A stretch of 58,902 bases of DNA, taken from positions 1-58,902 of the IMG/VR virus record IMGVR_UViG_3300020200_000033; one strand, given 5' to 3'. The first letter of the stretch is position 1, and every line of letters starts with the position of its first letter. The position numbers were made by a program, and so were the translations under genes. The notes below the pieces were generated by a model, which did not search any database, was not told where the DNA came from, and saw only the letters and a program-made list of their open reading frames with translations. The stretch comes from a virus (lineage: Duplodnaviria; Caudoviricetes). Positions 20,253 through 29,811 of the stretch are shown piece by piece.

Positions 20253-21843
20253 AACATTTGGTTCACTATTTGCTGGCATTGGTGGATTTGATTTGGGTAT
20301 GGAGCAGGCTGGTTGGGATTGCCAATGGCAAGTGGAGTGGGAAAAACACTGCCAATCAGTTTTGCAAAGGCACTGGCCTAGTGTTCCAAAATATTTAGAT
20401 GTAAAAGATGTTGATGGGGGAAAGATAGCCCCGGTAGATTGCATTGTTTTTGGCTCCCCCTGTCAGGACTTATCGGTTGCCGGTAAGGGTGGAGGTCTTG
20501 AAGGTGAAAGATCAAGTTTATTTCATGAAGCAATTAGGATAATAAAGGAGATGAGAAATGCAACTGGAAATCAATTTCCAAAGTGGTCAGTCTGGGAAAA
20601 TGTCCCAGGAGCCCTCACAAGTAATAATGGGAGAGACTTCGGGAAAGTCCTTGATGAAATGGCAAACATCGGGGCATTGGTCCTTGAATGGCACATCTTG
20701 GATGCACAATGGTTCGGAGTCGCCCAGCGCAGAAGAAGAGTCTTTGTGCTTGCTTGTTACGATTCTAGAACCGCTGCAAGATGTGGACAAGAAATATTAC
20801 CTGTCCCCAAAGACAGCAAGGGGAATATTAAACAGGGCAGGAAAAAAAGGAAACGAGTTGCCAGAGAAACTAAAGAAAGCGCTAATAGCCCTGTCCTCTA
20901 TGGTCAATCAGGACACGCAAGATGGGCAGAAGGCGGAGTAACCCTTAATGCTACTGATTATAAAAGACCGGAGCGAAATGTTGTTGCAGAGCCTTTTGTA
21001 AAAGTTAGACGCGCACAAAACACAGAAGATTTTGAAACATGGTCTGAGGGTGGTGTATCTCCAACGCTTAATGCATTTGATAATGGTGGGGAAAGTCGAG
21101 CAACCGTGCTCGTTTTTCAGCCAGGAGTTATGATTCGTCAAGGCGGTGGGGTATCTGAAGATGTAGTGCCTACTCTCAGAGCGGAGCATCACAATGGTGA
21201 TAATTTTCCACATATTGCAGTAGAGCCAATTTCTTTTCATTCAAAACAAGACCCCATTTCTTCTGAAAATGTTTCTCAAACGCTGTATGGGCAAAATGGA
21301 ATCGCTGTTGCTGTGCCACCAATTATTCTTGATGGTACAAGAACAAATGATATTCGTATTTATGACGATCAAATTGCTCCTACTCTTAAACATAGAATGG
21401 GAACTGGTGGAGGTCAAGTACCATTGGTGGGTATAGAACAACCTGTATTGGCTTACGATGGATATAATAATGCCGTTTCTGAGAATATTTATAGAACGCT
21501 TAGGATCGGTATTGATTCTGCAGACCATATTGCAATTCCAATTCAAGGCACAATTATTGGAAGATCGGATACAGCCGGCCCACAAGGCAAAGGATTTGGT
21601 GATGAAAATGATCCATCTTATACATTAGATACAATATCTCAGCATGGCGTAATGACGTCAGATCTTATTTTGAGAAGATTGACTCCGATTGAGTGTGAAA
21701 GACTGATGGGTTTTCCAGATGGGCATACTGAGTTTGCAGCAAGTGGTAAAAAAATAGCAGATACAAATAGATATAAAATGTGTGGCAATGCGGTAGCCAC
21801 ACCTGTAGCAAAATGGATAGGAGAAAAAATTTATGCGATTTAA
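20245..21843 (+). CDS. DNA (cytosine-5)-methyltransferase with long repetitive variable region
   Basis: FAGIGG, GSPCQ, ENV, QRRRRVF, RRLTPIECERLMGFP, GNAV. Confidence 0.93.
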   Translation: MNKTFGSLFAGIGGFDLGMEQAGWDCQWQVEWEKHCQSVLQRHWPSVPKYLDVKDVDGGKIAPVDCIVFGSPCQDLSVAGKGGGLEGERSSLFHEAIRIIKEMRNATGNQFPKWSVWENVPGALTSNNGRDFGKVLDEMANIGALVLEWHILDAQWFGVAQRRRRVFVLACYDSRTAARCGQEILPVPKDSKGNIKQGRKKRKRVARETKESANSPVLYGQSGHARWAEGGVTLNATDYKRPERNVVAEPFVKVRRAQNTEDFETWSEGGVSPTLNAFDNGGESRATVLVFQPGVMIRQGGGVSEDVVPTLRAEHHNGDNFPHIAVEPISFHSKQDPISSENVSQTLYGQNGIAVAVPPIILDGTRTNDIRIYDDQIAPTLKHRMGTGGGQVPLVGIEQPVLAYDGYNNAVSENIYRTLRIGIDSADHIAIPIQGTIIGRSDTAGPQGKGFGDENDPSYTLDTISQHGVMTSDLILRRLTPIECERLMGFPDGHTEFAASGKKIADTNRYKMCGNAVATPVAKWIGEKIYAI

Positions 21844-21970
21844 ATTTATTTGTGACAGATTATATGGATGGGTTGCGCTTGGCATCACTTTCAATTGGGA
21901 TGATGGTGTATACTTTGGTGTGTACATTGCGAATTGGCTTGTCGGGCTTCAGTTTTATAGAAAGAGATAA
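21833..21970 (+). CDS. Small aromatic-rich hypothetical protein (45 aa, not in ORF track)
   Basis: AGGAG RBS; MRFKFICDRLYGWVALGITFNWDDG..; fills the gap. Confidence 0.55.
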   Translation: MRFKFICDRLYGWVALGITFNWDDGVYFGVYIANWLVGLQFYRKR

Positions 21971-21972
21971 AT

Positions 21973-22293
21973 ATGCCAGATATGATAATTAATAGAGAAA
22001 TTTTGGCTAATCACATGGGTGATAAGGCTGAAGAATTCTTAGAATGCCTAAGAATAGTTGAGGATATTATTGAAAATCCAGATCGATATGTTGGATTTCA
22101 GGCAATTAAATATGCCAATGTTCTTGCTGGATATAGAACACTAATGATTGTAAAATCTCAAATGTATAAGAGAAAATCTACAATGATGTCTGAGCAAGAC
22201 AAATTTGTAAATGATATATGGAAAACCATGTATGAAGCATTAACAGAAAATATAAATGCACTAAAACTAGCAGCAAAAGGAGCAAATAATTAA
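21973..22293 (+). CDS. Conserved helical hypothetical protein
   Basis: Coupled to the Cas4-like gene by TAATG. Confidence 0.7.
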   Translation: MPDMIINREILANHMGDKAEEFLECLRIVEDIIENPDRYVGFQAIKYANVLAGYRTLMIVKSQMYKRKSTMMSEQDKFVNDIWKTMYEALTENINALKLAAKGANN

Positions 22294-23036
22294 TGAAATC
22301 ATTAAAGAAATTACGTGAAAAAAAAGAAGATGTCGTACAGGAAGTTGCTGTAGAGATTAGAAAAACGCTTGTTGAGGGCATAGATGAGCATTTAGAAAAA
22401 AGAAATACATCTGTATTTAAACAAATTAGTGGCTTTCATCCAAGTTACACAAACCAATGCACTAGATATTGGTATTATTTGTTTTCTGGGGTTCAAATGA
22501 AGTCGTCGTTCAGTCCTCAGACATATAGAATTTTTGATAATGGACACGGGGTTCACAACAGACTTTACAGTTATTTTAAAGATATGGGAATTTTACTAGA
22601 AGAAGAAATACCTGTAAAATACGATTCTCCGCCAATTGAAGGCACAGCAGATGGTATTATAGAATGGGGTGGTCGGAAGCTCATTGAATTGAAGTCAATT
22701 AGTTCCGAAGGCTTCCACTATAGAAAACTTTATAACAAACCAAAAGACGAGCATTATAGACAGGCTCAAATTTACATGAAATGTTTAGATCTCGATTCAG
22801 GGTATGTGATTTATGAAAACAAAAATAATCAAGAGATTTTATCAATTTACATTGAAAAAGACGAAAAATTTATCACAAAATTATTCAAAAAATATACAGA
22901 AATTTATAACAATTATCTGAATAATCAGATGCCTGAGCGACCATACAAGAGAACGTCGGCAAATTGTAGTTCTTGTGATTTGGCTGCTTTATGTTGGTCG
23001 GAGAATGTACAAGAAGGAAAAGAAGAAGTGTTCTAA
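22293..23036 (+). CDS. Cas4-like PD-(D/E)XK exonuclease
   Basis: FHPS..C.R; G..H; GTADG; IELKS; QAQIY; YENK; C..C..C. Confidence 0.85.
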   Translation: MKSLKKLREKKEDVVQEVAVEIRKTLVEGIDEHLEKRNTSVFKQISGFHPSYTNQCTRYWYYLFSGVQMKSSFSPQTYRIFDNGHGVHNRLYSYFKDMGILLEEEIPVKYDSPPIEGTADGIIEWGGRKLIELKSISSEGFHYRKLYNKPKDEHYRQAQIYMKCLDLDSGYVIYENKNNQEILSIYIEKDEKFITKLFKKYTEIYNNYLNNQMPERPYKRTSANCSSCDLAALCWSENVQEGKEEVF

Positions 23037-23310
23037 CCCCGAATGCAAGAAGATTTTCATAGCAAGAGTATACAACGCTGTCTACTGCTCCCCAGAGTGT
23101 AGAAGGGTTGTTACAAATAAAAATCTTCTTGCAAGTTATTATGAAAAGAAGGATAACAAAAATAAAAAACGAGTCTGCAAAACGCCAAATTGTGGAACGA
23201 TTCTTTCTCGTTACAATAAAGAAAAAATTTGTGAAAGCTGTAAAAGGGAAAGATATGTCAAACGCCTCATGTCGTGGGGATGGTCGGAGAAACAGGCTCG
23301 CGGTCAGTAA
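23005..23310 (+). CDS. Cys-rich Zn-finger protein
   Basis: CSNPEC..YCSPEC..CKTPNC..LSRYN..CESC. Confidence 0.7.
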   Translation: MYKKEKKKCSNPECKKIFIARVYNAVYCSPECRRVVTNKNLLASYYEKKDNKNKKRVCKTPNCGTILSRYNKEKICESCKRERYVKRLMSWGWSEKQARGQ

Positions 23311-23312
23311 AT

Positions 23313-23909
23313 ATGACAATTGGGAATCTTGTGGCATCAGTTAAGAATTCTAGGATTATAGCAATTGATCCCGCCTCTCATTCTTTAGCTTGGGTCATTT
23401 ATGATATAAAATCATCCAAGATATCTATTTTTGATTGCGGTAAAATTAATTATAAAGAGTGCAGGGGTGCGTCAGCAAAGTTTACTGTTATTGATAAAGA
23501 GCTTAAAGATATTTATAAAAAATATAAACCAAGAATTGGCATAATTGAGCAATCAATTTATGTGCAAAATTTTGAAACAAGTAGAATAATTTCTTACATT
23601 ATAGGATACTCCTGGGGTGTGCTAAATAACTTTGGTTGCCAAATTACAGATGTTAATCCATTAGTTTGGAAATCTGGCATTGGATATAAAAATTTAAACA
23701 AGAAGGAGCAGGAAATTATTGCCAATGACGGACAAAAGGGTTCTCTTGCAATAAAATTAAAAAAAGAAAGGAAGCGCCGGGTGCAGGAAATTGTAAAAAA
23801 TTACTTCACCGATATGCCGGAATATCTTAAGGATGATGATATCATAGATGCAGCAGGAATTGGTCTTTGGTACTGTAAAAAGGTTTTGGAGGAATCAAAT
23901 GCAAAGTGA
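23313..23909 (+). CDS. ruvC: RuvC-like Holliday junction resolvase
   Basis: IIAIDPAS, IIEQ, PLVWK, DDDIIDAAGIG. Confidence 0.85.
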   Translation: MTIGNLVASVKNSRIIAIDPASHSLAWVIYDIKSSKISIFDCGKINYKECRGASAKFTVIDKELKDIYKKYKPRIGIIEQSIYVQNFETSRIISYIIGYSWGVLNNFGCQITDVNPLVWKSGIGYKNLNKKEQEIIANDGQKGSLAIKLKKERKRRVQEIVKNYFTDMPEYLKDDDIIDAAGIGLWYCKKVLEESNAK

Positions 23910-24198
23910 ACCTTACAAGGATAAAGCTTTTTTATATGAAATGTATGTCAAAAGAAGGATGAATTTGACAGATATTTGTGCGCATCTTAAAAATACTTAT
24001 AGTATTGAAGTTACCCCGCAGGCAATTTATAACTGGGTAAAGAAATACGATCTTCTTAAATTTAGAGGCAAGGGCAGAAATTTGTCTGCAACGAGCATGA
24101 GAAGACCCCAATCCGCCGCTCAGAGGGCTGCTAATGAGCGCAAAAGGGAGATTCAAAAAAGAGTAAGGCAAAGAAGAAAGGAAATTAAGGGACGATGA
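23899..24198 (+). CDS. Basic HTH DNA-binding protein
   Basis: YKDKAFLYEMYV..LTDIC..VTPQAIYNWVKKY; Arg/Lys tail. Confidence 0.7.
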   Translation: MQSEPYKDKAFLYEMYVKRRMNLTDICAHLKNTYSIEVTPQAIYNWVKKYDLLKFRGKGRNLSATSMRRPQSAAQRAANERKREIQKRVRQRRKEIKGR

Positions 24199-24962
24199 AA
24201 TCAATGAGAAGAAGCGTTAGCGTAAAAGATATTACAAGTTTTGCAACTCTAGACATGATTTATAATCAAATTAGAGTGATTGAGGCAAAACAAAATGCAA
24301 CTCAATATAAATGCTTAGGTTCCGGAAATTGCTGCCGAATTGGACTAACCATTCACATGGCAGAGTGTGCAAATATTGCATTTAGCCTGCGTCAACAATA
24401 TTACTTAACATATGAAGATAAGGGCCAGCAAGTTGCTGATGATTGGATGGAAGGAGTAGTCAATAGTCTTAAGGAAGCAATGTACGATGCCGACTGGGAG
24501 CCGGGTGGAGAAACTAAAAGACATTGTGCTTTTTATAAGGGTGGATGCACGATTTATCGCTACAGACCGATGGTTTGTAGAACATTCGGAACAGTAACGC
24601 ATGTTGATGACTATTGCCCCAGAATTAGAAATGCCAATGGGAACATTGATTATTTTGCTGGCGATGGCGTTAAAAAAATAATTAGGGCTTTTCAAGATTT
24701 TTTAAAGGAGTATTCTTCCGATAAAGATCAGGGATATACTATGGTGGTTTATATGCCACTGGGGGTCTTAAGTTTCCTCTTGACCGACGAGGAGTTGATT
24801 GAATTAGAAAAAACAACAGATTCAAAATTTTGGATGGGAGTCGAGGGCTGGTTTAATTACAGAGTGCAGTACATCAAGATGCATGGATATGAATATGATA
24901 GACTAGATAGGGAAGCAAAGGCTGTTAAGTTGGAGTTAAGATTCCCCAAAGAAGAGGAATAA
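24195..24962 (+). CDS. YkgJ/CxxCxxCC-family Cys-cluster (putative Fe-S/Zn) protein
   Basis: CLGSGNCC..CAFY..CTIY..RPMVCRTFG. Confidence 0.8.
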   Translation: MKSMRRSVSVKDITSFATLDMIYNQIRVIEAKQNATQYKCLGSGNCCRIGLTIHMAECANIAFSLRQQYYLTYEDKGQQVADDWMEGVVNSLKEAMYDADWEPGGETKRHCAFYKGGCTIYRYRPMVCRTFGTVTHVDDYCPRIRNANGNIDYFAGDGVKKIIRAFQDFLKEYSSDKDQGYTMVVYMPLGVLSFLLTDEELIELEKTTDSKFWMGVEGWFNYRVQYIKMHGYEYDRLDREAKAVKLELRFPKEEE

Positions 24963-25538
24963 ATGACAGATGTTGAACCAGTGGTGGGTGCAGAGATAGT
25001 TCCTGCTGAAAAAACTATTATTGATGAACTGGCTGATATTGAGCAGGCCGGGTTGCTTCATGTAAAAGGTTATTCTTTTCACGAAATTAGTTCTTTAATG
25101 AACGCGCCACTTGAGCGCACTAAAGAAATGATTGGTGAATATAGAAAAATATTAAATAGACAGGCAGAGATTGACCCATACTTTCTTGAAAAGATACAAT
25201 TCAATACAATCAAGGCTTTGCAAGAATTTGATCAACTGAGCAAAGAAGCGTGGGAAACAATAAATATTGCAACAGATCACGGCATGGTTCCTGCAAGAAT
25301 ACAAGCAATTAAGTTAGCCGGGGAAATTGCAACCAAAAAAGCCCAGCTGCATAAGTTAATGGGTGGTAATCAAGCTGATGCCCAATACATTTCTAGAATG
25401 CAAAAGGCTGAAAATGTAAATCAAATCCTATCTAAAATCTTGAGAGATGTGATTGCTAAACATCCGCAAATTGCTGAGGAGGTCCGCCGAGAGTTGGAGA
25501 TTGCCTTTGAGATTATGGATGTCAGCGGGGCCGACTAA
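24963..25538 (+). CDS. Putative terminase small subunit
   Basis: N-terminal HTH-like GYSFHEISSLM, helical body, directly upstream of terL. Confidence 0.55.
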   Translation: MTDVEPVVGAEIVPAEKTIIDELADIEQAGLLHVKGYSFHEISSLMNAPLERTKEMIGEYRKILNRQAEIDPYFLEKIQFNTIKALQEFDQLSKEAWETINIATDHGMVPARIQAIKLAGEIATKKAQLHKLMGGNQADAQYISRMQKAENVNQILSKILRDVIAKHPQIAEEVRRELEIAFEIMDVSGAD

Positions 25539-25713
25539 AGAGACGGAAAAAAGTTTACATAAAGAGACGGAAAATGTCCCACATAAAGGTGTAAATTGCT
25601 TACTTAGATAGCCCTATTCTTTGATTTGTAAACTTGCGTGCGCGTAAGATTTCAAGTTTGTAATGTTACACGGGGGTAACATTACATCCGGGTAAGCTTT
25701 CATAGTGTATAAT
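25536..25713. promoter_or_regulatory. terS-terL gap: 24-bp-period repeats, GTAANNTTAC boxes and a TATAAT -10
   Basis: TAAAGAGACGGAAAA at 25536 and 25560; GTAATGTTAC 25660, GTAACATTAC 25676, plus variants; TATAAT 25708. Confidence 0.65.
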
Positions 25714-25726
25714 AGATTAGCACATT

Positions 25727-27457
25727 ATGTCGGATTTTGTTGGGCTAAATTTAGAATTTAATGATTTTGATCGTCTTTTGCGTCAAGACGATCTTATTGA
25801 AACGCCTGTGCCAGTTCAAATATTTGTTCAGGATAAAAAATATTTAGGATTACCACCTTTATCGGATATACAGGAAGAAATTGTAAAACACAGTACGCAA
25901 ATATTTAAAGAAAAGACACTGCTATCTATACACGGGGAGAAAGTAGGGCGTGAGTATTATGAAAAATATACTGCTAATGAAGTTATTTGCATGCTGGGTA
26001 AGGGTTCAGGAAAAGATCATTGTTCAAGAATTTCAATCGCTTATACATCATACCTACTCCATTGTTTAAGGGATCCTCTAAATTATTTTGGCAAAGCCCA
26101 CGGAGTATATATCGATATTCTAAATCTTGCCGTAAATGCACAGCAAGCGCAAAGGGTTTTTTTTGAGCCATTGAAAAATCTTTTGTTACAATCTCCATAC
26201 TTTAATGAAGTAGGATTTGAGCCAAGAGTTTCAGAAATATTTTTCTTTTCAAGACCAGTAAGATGTTTCTCAGGTCACTCTGAAAGTGAAGGTTGGGAAG
26301 GATATGAAGTATTAACTGTGGTATTGGATGAGATTGCTGCATTCAAAACAGATGCGGAATTAAAAGGGGAAATTAGATCAAAAGGCTCTGCTTCAGCGAT
26401 TTATAATATGAGTAAGCTATCTGTTATGTCACGCTTCCCAGAAGTCGGTAAAGTAATTCTTTTGTCATTCCCTAGATATAGAGGTGACTTTATTGAACAA
26501 CGTTATTATGGGGCTCGAGAAAAACAAGAACCAAAAACTTGGTTTATAAAAGCTGCTACGTGGGAAGTGAATCCAACGATTACGAGAGAGCAATTAGAAT
26601 CAGAATATATTAGAAATCCAGTTGAGGCAGCAGCAAGATTTGAATGTAATCCACCAAATATGGAAGATGCATACTTTAGAGATCCAGATTTAGTTAGAAA
26701 AGCTTTTACATATGGTGAAGATCCAACTAATGAAGATGGTACATTTAAAAAATGGTTTAATAGCACAGATCAGCATATTAGATTTATTCATGTTGACTTA
26801 GCTCTTAAAAGAGACAGAGCTGCATTAGCATTAGTCCATTCTCCCGGATTAAAAGAAGTCAAGACTCTAAATGGTTCAGAAAAACTTCCAGTAGTAAATG
26901 TTGATCTTGTTTATTCTTGGGAGGCCGGTATGAATCAAGAAATTAATTTTTCTGCAATTCGACAATTAATTATTGATTTATGTAAAAAATTTGATGTGGC
27001 TAAAGTTACATTTGACAGGTGGCAATCTATTGAAATGATACAAAGCCTGCGATCATTGTCCATAAACGCTGATTTTCATAGCGTTAAAAAAACAGATTAT
27101 GATACTCTAACATCTGCTATTTATGATGGTCGATTGCGTGGGTATTGGAATGAATTATTAGTTGAGGAAGAACTTCTAAAATTACGTCTGTTTTCAAATA
27201 ACAAAATAGATCACCCAACATCTGGGTCAAAAGATTTGGCCGACGCTATCGCTGGGTCTGTTTATAATTGCATAGAAAATATTTCGGTAAACACCGAGAT
27301 CGAAATTGAATTTTTAAAGCCGGATAAATTTTATGAAATAGATGAGGAAATGCCCGAATTTGGAACTGTTTCAATGTATAATGGTTCTACGGGAAAATTT
27401 GAGCGGGGATTTTCCAAAGGAAAATCGGAGGCGAATAAATGGCTGGAAACCCTATAG
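25727..27457 (+). CDS. terL: Terminase large subunit
   Basis: GKGSGKD Walker A, VLDEI Walker B, LSFPR, RNase H-like HVDLA, FDRWQS, SKDLADA. Confidence 0.92.
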   Translation: MSDFVGLNLEFNDFDRLLRQDDLIETPVPVQIFVQDKKYLGLPPLSDIQEEIVKHSTQIFKEKTLLSIHGEKVGREYYEKYTANEVICMLGKGSGKDHCSRISIAYTSYLLHCLRDPLNYFGKAHGVYIDILNLAVNAQQAQRVFFEPLKNLLLQSPYFNEVGFEPRVSEIFFFSRPVRCFSGHSESEGWEGYEVLTVVLDEIAAFKTDAELKGEIRSKGSASAIYNMSKLSVMSRFPEVGKVILLSFPRYRGDFIEQRYYGAREKQEPKTWFIKAATWEVNPTITREQLESEYIRNPVEAAARFECNPPNMEDAYFRDPDLVRKAFTYGEDPTNEDGTFKKWFNSTDQHIRFIHVDLALKRDRAALALVHSPGLKEVKTLNGSEKLPVVNVDLVYSWEAGMNQEINFSAIRQLIIDLCKKFDVAKVTFDRWQSIEMIQSLRSLSINADFHSVKKTDYDTLTSAIYDGRLRGYWNELLVEEELLKLRLFSNNKIDHPTSGSKDLADAIAGSVYNCIENISVNTEIEIEFLKPDKFYEIDEEMPEFGTVSMYNGSTGKFERGFSKGKSEANKWLETL

Positions 27458-27618
27458 AAGATGTTCAGGCGACACCTGAGGAAATTGCTGTCGTATTGTC
27501 TGGTGAATTGCAGAAGGCTCTTCTTCAGTTGGTTGCGTTAAAAATTGAAAATGACAAACTCCATCAAAAACTGAAGGAACTGACCGAAAATACGAGCAAG
27601 CCTTCTACAAAATTTTAA
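27439..27618 (+). CDS. Small coiled-coil protein (59 aa, not in ORF track)
   Basis: GGAGG RBS; MAGNPIEDVQATPEEIAVVLSGELQKALLQLVALKIEND.. Confidence 0.6.
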   Translation: MAGNPIEDVQATPEEIAVVLSGELQKALLQLVALKIENDKLHQKLKELTENTSKPSTKF

Positions 27619-27666
27619 ATTTTTTTTAAAAAAAAATTGTTTTGCCCCTGTTTTGGGTCTGGCGTG

Positions 27667-27675
27667 TGCTACTGT
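27667..27675 (+). promoter_or_regulatory. Extended -10 promoter
   Basis: TGC-TACTGT in an intergenic gap. Confidence 0.4.
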
Positions 27676-27735
27676 TCTTCTTGCTGGCATTCCGTCAGTG
27701 AAATAAAAAACCAACATCAAAGTATGGAGAAAAAT

Positions 27736-28062
27736 ATGGCAATCAAAATGAATAAGGTTGATAGTTTTCCTGAAATTACAAGGTCAGGAAGACAGTCTGA
27801 GGATTTGCAAACAATTGTTAATGCTTTGCATGAATCAGCAACTAGTGGACAAAAATTTAGCCTAAATGTTGAGCCGGGTAATCCGTATAACTCAATGCAA
27901 CAGAGAATTCGTGCGCAGGCTAAAAAGTATGGATACAAGATTATCATCAGATATGATGCGGCTACAAAGACGCTTTTCTTTAAGGCTAATCGTGGTGGTA
28001 ATACTTCACTTCCAACGGTTGATGTTAAGAACAAGGTTAGCACCGCCGTAAAGTCCAAGTAA
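27736..28062 (+). CDS. Small basic putative DNA-binding protein; distant member of the RGRKS cassette family
   Basis: GGAG RBS; SGRQS..GQKFSL..RIRAQAKKYGYKIIIRY aligns by eye with the 52364 and 53264 proteins. Confidence 0.7.
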   Translation: MAIKMNKVDSFPEITRSGRQSEDLQTIVNALHESATSGQKFSLNVEPGNPYNSMQQRIRAQAKKYGYKIIIRYDAATKTLFFKANRGGNTSLPTVDVKNKVSTAVKSK

Positions 28063-28094
28063 TCAATCAATAAAAAAAGAAAAAAATTTTTTTG

Positions 28095-28122
28095 AGTGGG
28101 GCGAAAGCCCCACTTTTTTTTT
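28095..28122 (+). terminator. Intrinsic terminator
   Basis: AGTGGGGC-GAAA-GCCCCACT followed by a T run. Confidence 0.9.
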
Positions 28123-28130
28123 GCTATAAT
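28122..28130 (+). promoter_or_regulatory. Extended -10 leaderless promoter
   Basis: TGCTATAAT-6 nt-GTG(28137), no SD. Confidence 0.65.
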
Positions 28131-28136
28131 GAAAGC

Positions 28137-28979
28137 GTGTTAACAACGGAAGATCAAAATATTGAGATTACGCCCGATCAAATTAAATCGTGGTGTCCTA
28201 TGATTGCGCTACCGTGTTATAATCGTGAATTGACTGAACCATTTATGATGTCGCTAGTTCAGTCAATAATGTACTTTAAGCAAATCGGTATGCGTTTTGC
28301 TATTAGCACCATAAGTGATTCACTAATTAGTCGATCCCGGTGTAATCTTGTTGCCAAGTTTATGGCCAATGAACAGTTTACGCATTTGCTATTTATTGAT
28401 GTTGATCTTAAGTTTAATTATAATGATATATTAAAACTTCTTTGGCATAATAAAGATGTGATTGCGGGAGCTTATCCGGTTAAAGATATTAATTGGGGAA
28501 AGGTTCATAAAATGGTACAGGCTGGTGTGCCAGCAGATAAACTAGCACAAAAAGCAACGCGATTTGTTGTAAATCCAGTTAAAATTGGTCAAAATCAAAT
28601 TGAAACCGATGAGGGCGCACTTTCTGTCTATGATGCGGGGACAGGGTTTATGTTGATAAAAAGAGAAGTCTTTATCAAGATGTTCGAGCACTATCCAGAA
28701 TTAAAATTTAATGACGATACCGGGAGTCTAAAAGATAAAGAAAGGGACTACACATACGCCTTATTCAATTCTTATGTAGATGAGGATCAAAAAAGATTTT
28801 TATCTGAGGATTACGGATTTTGTCGTTATTGGCAAAAGATGGGTGGCAAAGTTTGGGTTGATCCCGCTGTTGAGCTTGAGCATTTAGGTTATTTTGTGTA
28901 TAAAGGAAATATGATTGAGTATATTATTGATATTTCCCAAAAGGATTTGGAAAATGAGAATGCCATAAAGTCCACATAA
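28137..28979 (+). CDS. GT-A fold glycosyltransferase (phage type)
   Basis: SLISRSR, THLLFIDVD, GAYP.K, AGTGFMLIKREVF, LSEDYGFC, LEHLG. Confidence 0.85.
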   Translation: MLTTEDQNIEITPDQIKSWCPMIALPCYNRELTEPFMMSLVQSIMYFKQIGMRFAISTISDSLISRSRCNLVAKFMANEQFTHLLFIDVDLKFNYNDILKLLWHNKDVIAGAYPVKDINWGKVHKMVQAGVPADKLAQKATRFVVNPVKIGQNQIETDEGALSVYDAGTGFMLIKREVFIKMFEHYPELKFNDDTGSLKDKERDYTYALFNSYVDEDQKRFLSEDYGFCRYWQKMGGKVWVDPAVELEHLGYFVYKGNMIEYIIDISQKDLENENAIKST

Positions 28980-29030
28980 GGCTTTGATAAATATATTAAA
29001 ATTTGCTAAAAAATTGGCTAAACGCCAAAC

Positions 29031-29239
29031 GTATTATTACAAAGCTGTATTATTACACCGGACCGTGAGCTAATTTTTTAACTAAGCTCTTGGCCGGCTT
29101 TTTTAACTAAAACGAAAGATAAACGCCGGGATTTAGTGAACCGTTGTTTTCGCCATTGATCGCGCCTTATTGCCGACCCAAAAGAAATCTCAGAAATCTG
29201 TTTTTTGAGGTTTTTTTTGACTTGTTCGGGTGCTAGGCT
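29031..29239 (+). promoter_or_regulatory. Control region of the accessory operon; resembles 51060-51245
   Basis: GTATTATTAC x2, GAGCTAA, GCCGGGA, GATCGCG, T-run, then TGC-TAGGCT at 29231-29239. Confidence 0.6.
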
Positions 29240-29372
29240 GGTGGTTCTAATGGCGAACTATTACCTACACAATAAATCGCTTATTGTCTCAACAATTGCG
29301 TGGCGTATTGTGTCGTGTATTGTTTCGCACAATTTATCCGATAAAAGAACACATCAAGGTTAGGGGAAAAGT

Positions 29373-29810
29373 ATGAATTTGACTATTTTTGACGCTTTGA
29401 TAGGGTTATCTATCAAAGATAACAAAAAAGATTGGGGCAAGGTTCTAAAATTTGTTGCCGTTGAGACTGACGGTAAAACAAATGTTTTCGCTGTGCTTTC
29501 ATCTTTGACTGAGAGTGGCAAAAACAAAGCAGTTTCGCTCAAGTTTTTGTCTGAGTTATTGGCCTCACAAAAGATTTACCTACGTCGCAAAGATGACGGT
29601 AAATTTATTATTGTGGCTTATCCTGATGGTTACAAATACGCTAAGCGCGTGTTTTCAGGTAAGCGTTTCCATCATCATACAGTTATTGGTATGGGTACAG
29701 GTATCAGTAATCTTGCGCAAATTGATGGTGAAATAATCAACATTTCATCTCACGTTGCGTCTAATGAAAGCACAAAAATTCGCAAAAACGACATAGAAGA
29801 AAGGAAATAA
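29373..29810 (+). CDS. Hypothetical protein
   Basis: First ORF after the promoter region; AGGGG RBS. Confidence 0.7.
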   Translation: MNLTIFDALIGLSIKDNKKDWGKVLKFVAVETDGKTNVFAVLSSLTESGKNKAVSLKFLSELLASQKIYLRRKDDGKFIIVAYPDGYKYAKRVFSGKRFHHHTVIGMGTGISNLAQIDGEIINISSHVASNESTKIRKNDIEERK

Positions 29811-29811
29811 G

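Noticed and set aside
22293-23036. CRISPR-Cas locus
   Set aside because: Solo Cas4-like nuclease in a recombination module; no cas1, cas2 or array
14305-27457. Inteins or introns in dnaE, recA and terL
   Set aside because: Normal lengths, contiguous motifs, no intein splice-junction or LAGLIDADG motifs seen
28092-28136. TTG start at 28092 for the glycosyltransferase
   Set aside because: Runs through a terminator; the extended -10 points to GTG 28137
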